64,000 nucleotides of DNA from Lophium mytilinum. Taxonomy: Eukaryota. Shown here piece after piece: positions 59,685-64,000 of the stretch. The DNA lies in assembly GCA_010093605.1 (NCBI GenBank), contig MU004185.1, positions 455,334 to 519,333 on the forward strand, given 5' to 3'. Numbering within the stretch: position 1 is the first letter of the stretch; the number at the start of each line of letters is the position of its first letter. The notes under the pieces are model-generated. The model was not told where the DNA came from. It worked only from the letters and a program-made list of their open reading frames with translations, and did no database searches. Both the position numbers and the translations under genes were made by a program.

Positions 59685-61335
59685 TGTCGCTGTGTGAGGG
59701 GATTTATGTTCGTGATTTGTGTTCAGATTACTAGACTGTAGGTATTTCGGTGGTGAGGTATGGGAAGAGTATTGCGTTGTGCATTATATAGCAGAAGGAG
59801 AAGTCAAAGTGGGTGGTTGCATGGTACCGATCGTAATCAAGAACTGGACCACATTTCCAATCTGGATCATCGACAGCTCACAAATTTCCATGGTATTACC
59901 GCGAAGGCATATTCATTATGCTGTTGTTTTGCATATTTCGGTGCTGATTCCCAGGCATGATTCATCTTTCCAACACGATCTAAAAATCGACTAATTTTTT
60001 CGCTTCTTCTCTTTCGTCTCTAAAATGGGAGAGAGGAAAAAGAGCCCAAACTCGATCGCTTTCCATTAAGTTTGCGTTGGCGGCCTGTGTCTAGCCATTT
60101 CCTTCCCTGCCAGAGAGAATCTCCTCAAGGGTTAGATATAAAAGAACGCCCCGCCTAAGATCAGGGGAACCGGAAAATAAGCGATATTATATACTCCAAC
60201 ACTAGCTAGCCCCTCCTCACGAGCTCTGTTCGCGGACTGCTTCACAAATCCCGTCCTAGCCACTTCACGCTTCATCCGTTCCAGCTCCGCCAGCTCGTTC
60301 TCGGCTTTCTGTCCCGCGGACAGTTCCATTTGTACCGGTTCTAAACCGGCGCGTCCAACCCAGTTGCCCAGAGGGACGACTTACTCTACTAGGGCTTTGG
60401 AATCCAGAATCACCGAGCCGCCGGTACAGCCCTCGATTTACCATGGGCGACTCTGAGTTTCGAAGTCCTCTCACAGGACTTCCGAGCCGCTTCTAGTCTT
60501 CCCCATCCCACCTTCACGGACTCTTAGAAGGTAGGAGTTGAAGCGGAAGCGGTCATAGCGTGCTTGATTAAGGCAGGAGCAACGCCGGTATCAGATAAGG
60601 GTGTTGGTCGACTAGGACCCTGGAGTTACGGGAGAGGGGAAAAGAGATGGCGCAGAATAGACGTATGGAGAGGCAGCGAAAAGGTGTAAACCGGTGAAAG
60701 TGCGGAATGCTGAGGATTTTGTAGGGACAGAGATCAAAGCGTGGGTGGTTTGGTGGTAGCGACGGGACTTGAAACCGTGGGACGGTTGTGGATACAGCTC
60801 TTGGCGGCATGGGAACAGCAAGTCTGAGTTCGCGAAGGTGTGCCATGTGACCATATAGGAGTATGTTCGATTGTGAACGGCGCTTCAGGTAGGTGCTTTG
60901 ACAAGTTAGCGAAATGTTCGATATAATGGACTGACATGGTGCATCTCGATCTGATCTCTTGACATTTATGAGAGTATCTTCTGCAGCGGCAGCGCAGTGC
61001 CTACCGGGCTTTGTCGGGGCATCCTCCGAAACTGCGCATCATCTCTCTATATGTCCAGGTTCGGAGCCGCTTCTGGCTAGCTAAAAGGGTTCACCCTGGT
61101 GGAGAAGGAATACCTACACCCTCTCATCCGAAGATCATCTCTATTCTTCGGTGCAGAAGCTCAGGTATGGTTGAGTTTAAGAAGATGATTCCGAAATTGT
61201 TGAATATGCAAGGGATGCCGGTCTGATTGAAATTGCTGGTGACACAAAATTAGGAGGTTAAAAGCTGCTGCCTAGTCGAAAGGCGGTATACAAAGTCGGG
61301 ATAGAGACAACCTTAGGGACGATGTTTTCTGGAAC

Positions 61336-63171
61336 ATGTCATTTCTACCGGTATCTAACATGGCGACATTGGAATCTCTCCCGGTGGATTTAGCCCTGAT
61401 GGCACTGCTAGAAACCTCGTCAGTGAAAGACCTCTATTCCATTATTCGAGCCTGTCCTTCCTACTACCGAATCTTTACGCGTCACAAGTCAATCGCTCTC
61501 GGGACCATGGCTCGGAGGTCGTTCTCACCGGAAGTATTTGCAGAAGCCCGCCTCGCGTTCAATACATCGAAGATATCTAGTACCTATGTTACTGACATGA
61601 AGAAGCTTCCTTACCACTGGACTGCCGCCGAGGATCTCAAGGAGCGTGGCTACAAAATCATTACAGAACCGAATCGATACCAGAGAGGAGCACAAGGGAG
61701 ACTAAAAGAGGTGCAAGCGACCCAAAAACAGCGTCAGATACAGCAAGAGCGTTTTGCAACCTTTCTCGAAGACCACAGATCCAGGAAGATCCACCACAAA
61801 ACCCTTCCAGAACTGTCGACTTCCATTCTTCTCTGTCGGCTAGCTCCAATGATGGACTTCTTCGTGGCGGACTACGCTCGATATACCCTAGGCAAAGCCA
61901 AAGAAGCCATGAAATGCTCAAGCAAGACGCTAGATTCGAGAGAGATCTCAGAGTGCGAGCGTACCCGCATCCAACGCGCGTTCCTCAGATTCGAAGCATG
62001 GCGACGGCTATTCCCATACAATTGGTCCACGACTACCTCGCCAACAGTCTTCGAAGCTTCCACATTCCTTAATCGCATGGCTGCATGGGAGGTAGAAGAG
62101 GTCCGCTGCATCTACTACTACATCGAAGTCAACTTTATTGAGATTGTTGATAGCTTAGAGGACGCCGTGGTCCGCAAGTTCCACCAGGCACAAGCTGCAG
62201 ACATCGACGGAACGGATAGCCATGGCAACGATTATCGACTGGAGCATCTCGGATTAGGCATATTTCGAACGCCAGCTTCGGTTGAACACCTAATCGATCT
62301 ACCGGTGTATATCCATTGTCTGATTGAGGTTGGGCTTCCTTACCTGAGGGCCGTTTTGGAAGCAACCGAGGAACGTCGAATGGCGATGGTTGCATCCAAT
62401 CCTATCACAAGACCACCACGAGAAACACTTCTCATGCACCTCGACAAGCGCTCTCACGAGCTTGCCATGCACCAGGCCTCTCTTGACGAGTCGGCAGGGC
62501 ACAACGCTGCTGAGCGGGTCGTGCCTATGGGATATGAGGAGTCAGCAACCCAACCGAACGCCGGCTGGATTACGTTCAGAGACGAAGATAAATGGAGCAT
62601 TCCGAGGTGGATGGGGGCTGTGTTCTGGGACCACAGCCGGCTGCTGGAGCTGGATTTGGTGCCGCGCCTCGATCACCCCCTCCGTGGCGAGTTCGGGATA
62701 AGACGCCCAGGGCGCAAGGGATTCATGATGCGACCCCCGGCTGAGCAGCGATTCCATGGGAAACCGATCAGTCTGAGGGCTCTCCAAAGGTTGAGACCGC
62801 CTGGTCTATTCCCAGCCGACACCCTCCACGGAATCGAGCCCTGGCTGGCGAGCCTAGACTACAACATGGACCCAGTGTCTCGCGAAGTCTTGGAAGAGAC
62901 CTTCCACCATCTGCCACGTCCGCTGAATCAAGAGCTCAAAGGGGTGCTTCAGTCTAAGGACTTCGGGCCAGATTCGCGGATAGTGGGACACCAGGAAACA
63001 GCAGCGTATGACTCACGATGCTATCCTGCGGAGAGAGTCTCGCAATGCTTTCATGCAAACAACGTCTCGCGATGCTTTCACAGAGAGCCGAATGGCCGCC
63101 AGCTTACCAGCACCCCGGCTTGTCGTGCTTGTGCAGATGTGGATACTGGGTTGTCGTGCCCGTGTAGTTGA
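61336..63171 (+). CDS. Hypothetical fungal protein with F-box-like N-terminus
   Basis: Intronless 611-aa ORF; LESLPVDL...SVKDLYSIIRACP; S..ERTRIQRAFLRFE and WEVEEVRCIY motifs typical of a fungal accessory family. Confidence 0.7.
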   Translation: MSFLPVSNMATLESLPVDLALMALLETSSVKDLYSIIRACPSYYRIFTRHKSIALGTMARRSFSPEVFAEARLAFNTSKISSTYVTDMKKLPYHWTAAEDLKERGYKIITEPNRYQRGAQGRLKEVQATQKQRQIQQERFATFLEDHRSRKIHHKTLPELSTSILLCRLAPMMDFFVADYARYTLGKAKEAMKCSSKTLDSREISECERTRIQRAFLRFEAWRRLFPYNWSTTTSPTVFEASTFLNRMAAWEVEEVRCIYYYIEVNFIEIVDSLEDAVVRKFHQAQAADIDGTDSHGNDYRLEHLGLGIFRTPASVEHLIDLPVYIHCLIEVGLPYLRAVLEATEERRMAMVASNPITRPPRETLLMHLDKRSHELAMHQASLDESAGHNAAERVVPMGYEESATQPNAGWITFRDEDKWSIPRWMGAVFWDHSRLLELDLVPRLDHPLRGEFGIRRPGRKGFMMRPPAEQRFHGKPISLRALQRLRPPGLFPADTLHGIEPWLASLDYNMDPVSREVLEETFHHLPRPLNQELKGVLQSKDFGPDSRIVGHQETAAYDSRCYPAERVSQCFHANNVSRCFHREPNGRQLTSTPACRACADVDTGLSCPCS

Positions 63172-64000
63172 GGATGGATTTTCTTGGATTGGAACCTGGG
63201 ATTGCGCCGAACGGACGGGCTGTTAGGTAGGTAGGCTATTAATGGCGACATAGAGCGCTATATGTGATTGAGAAGGTGTTGAGAGCCGGGCTGGGTCTGT
63301 GGTGGGTTGAGACGCTACCCGATCGGGTTATTTTGGTGAATGACCTCCACAAAAGCGTCCTGCAAAAGCGTGAACGCACCTTAAAATACGCATAAATAGC
63401 AGCTTAAGATCACCTACGCATTCCCTAAGCCTCGAGCTTTGACTTGTTGTTCCGACAACCTCAGACCGCCACCCCACCCCTGCTAAACCCTGTTCTTAGC
63501 GGTCTGACTGCAAAAGGGGGCGGTCTGGGGATTTTGCAAGGTTCGTCTCGGCTAATACTCTACGAGCGATCTACCAACACGTCGTCGTCAAAGGGGTGTT
63601 TATTGGTTTGATAGGTTCGTGATAATGTTCCAGTGTACTAGTGACGATACCGGGAGCTCTGAGGCGAAGGAGTGCAGGTCTAGAAACTCACCGCTTGACG
63701 GAACGGTGTATTGGAATCTACTCGATGTGTTGCAGCTGAAGCTTGGCTTGTTTGAGCTATGCCTTACGGGCTAGCAGAGACTGGTGTTGTAGAGCGACAT
63801 AACGTATGGTGTGGCAGGGAGCAGGGGGGCCGAGGAGGCGCTCCAAGATTTGTGTTTGTGGGATCTAGACTTTTAGTCTGTGCAAGGAGAAGTAGAGGTC
63901 CATGAGGTATGGCATTAGATTTATGCGGAGGTGAGCGCCTCAACGCATTAGCGATAATAACCGAGCACACTATCGTTCACCCAATGCTCCCTTGCCAATC

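Overview
Filamentous ascomycete nuclear DNA (GT-AG introns with CTRAY branch points, RIP), probably Pezizomycotina; this taxonomy is inferred. The first ~19 kb look accessory and decaying. They hold a fragmented 2-hydroxyacyl-CoA lyase-like pseudogene, intronless RING-H2 and F-box genes, and an intronless 883-aa fusion of an ACAD10/APH-type kinase with a bacterial-like RDxxWG beta-barrel domain. They also hold a mitochondrial atp9 insertion with an in-frame deletion, and a putative three-gene polysaccharide module (UDP-glucose dehydrogenase, GH12, cellulose-synthase-like GT2) in which every gene is disrupted. The 20-48 kb region is mostly conserved genes: OSCA/TMEM63 channel, RPE1, a methyltransferase-domain protein, LSM2, a GH18 chitinase, CIA2 and a Zn2Cys6 factor. 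Long, apparently structured introns occur in RPE1 and LSM2. At 49.6-53.4 kb lies a RIP-inactivated two-ORF PIF/Harbinger transposon. It is followed by a compound 9-bp minisatellite, a Cys-rich anchored protein, a She3-like coiled-coil protein and hypothetical genes. All calls come from reading motifs by eye; no database search or folding program was run.
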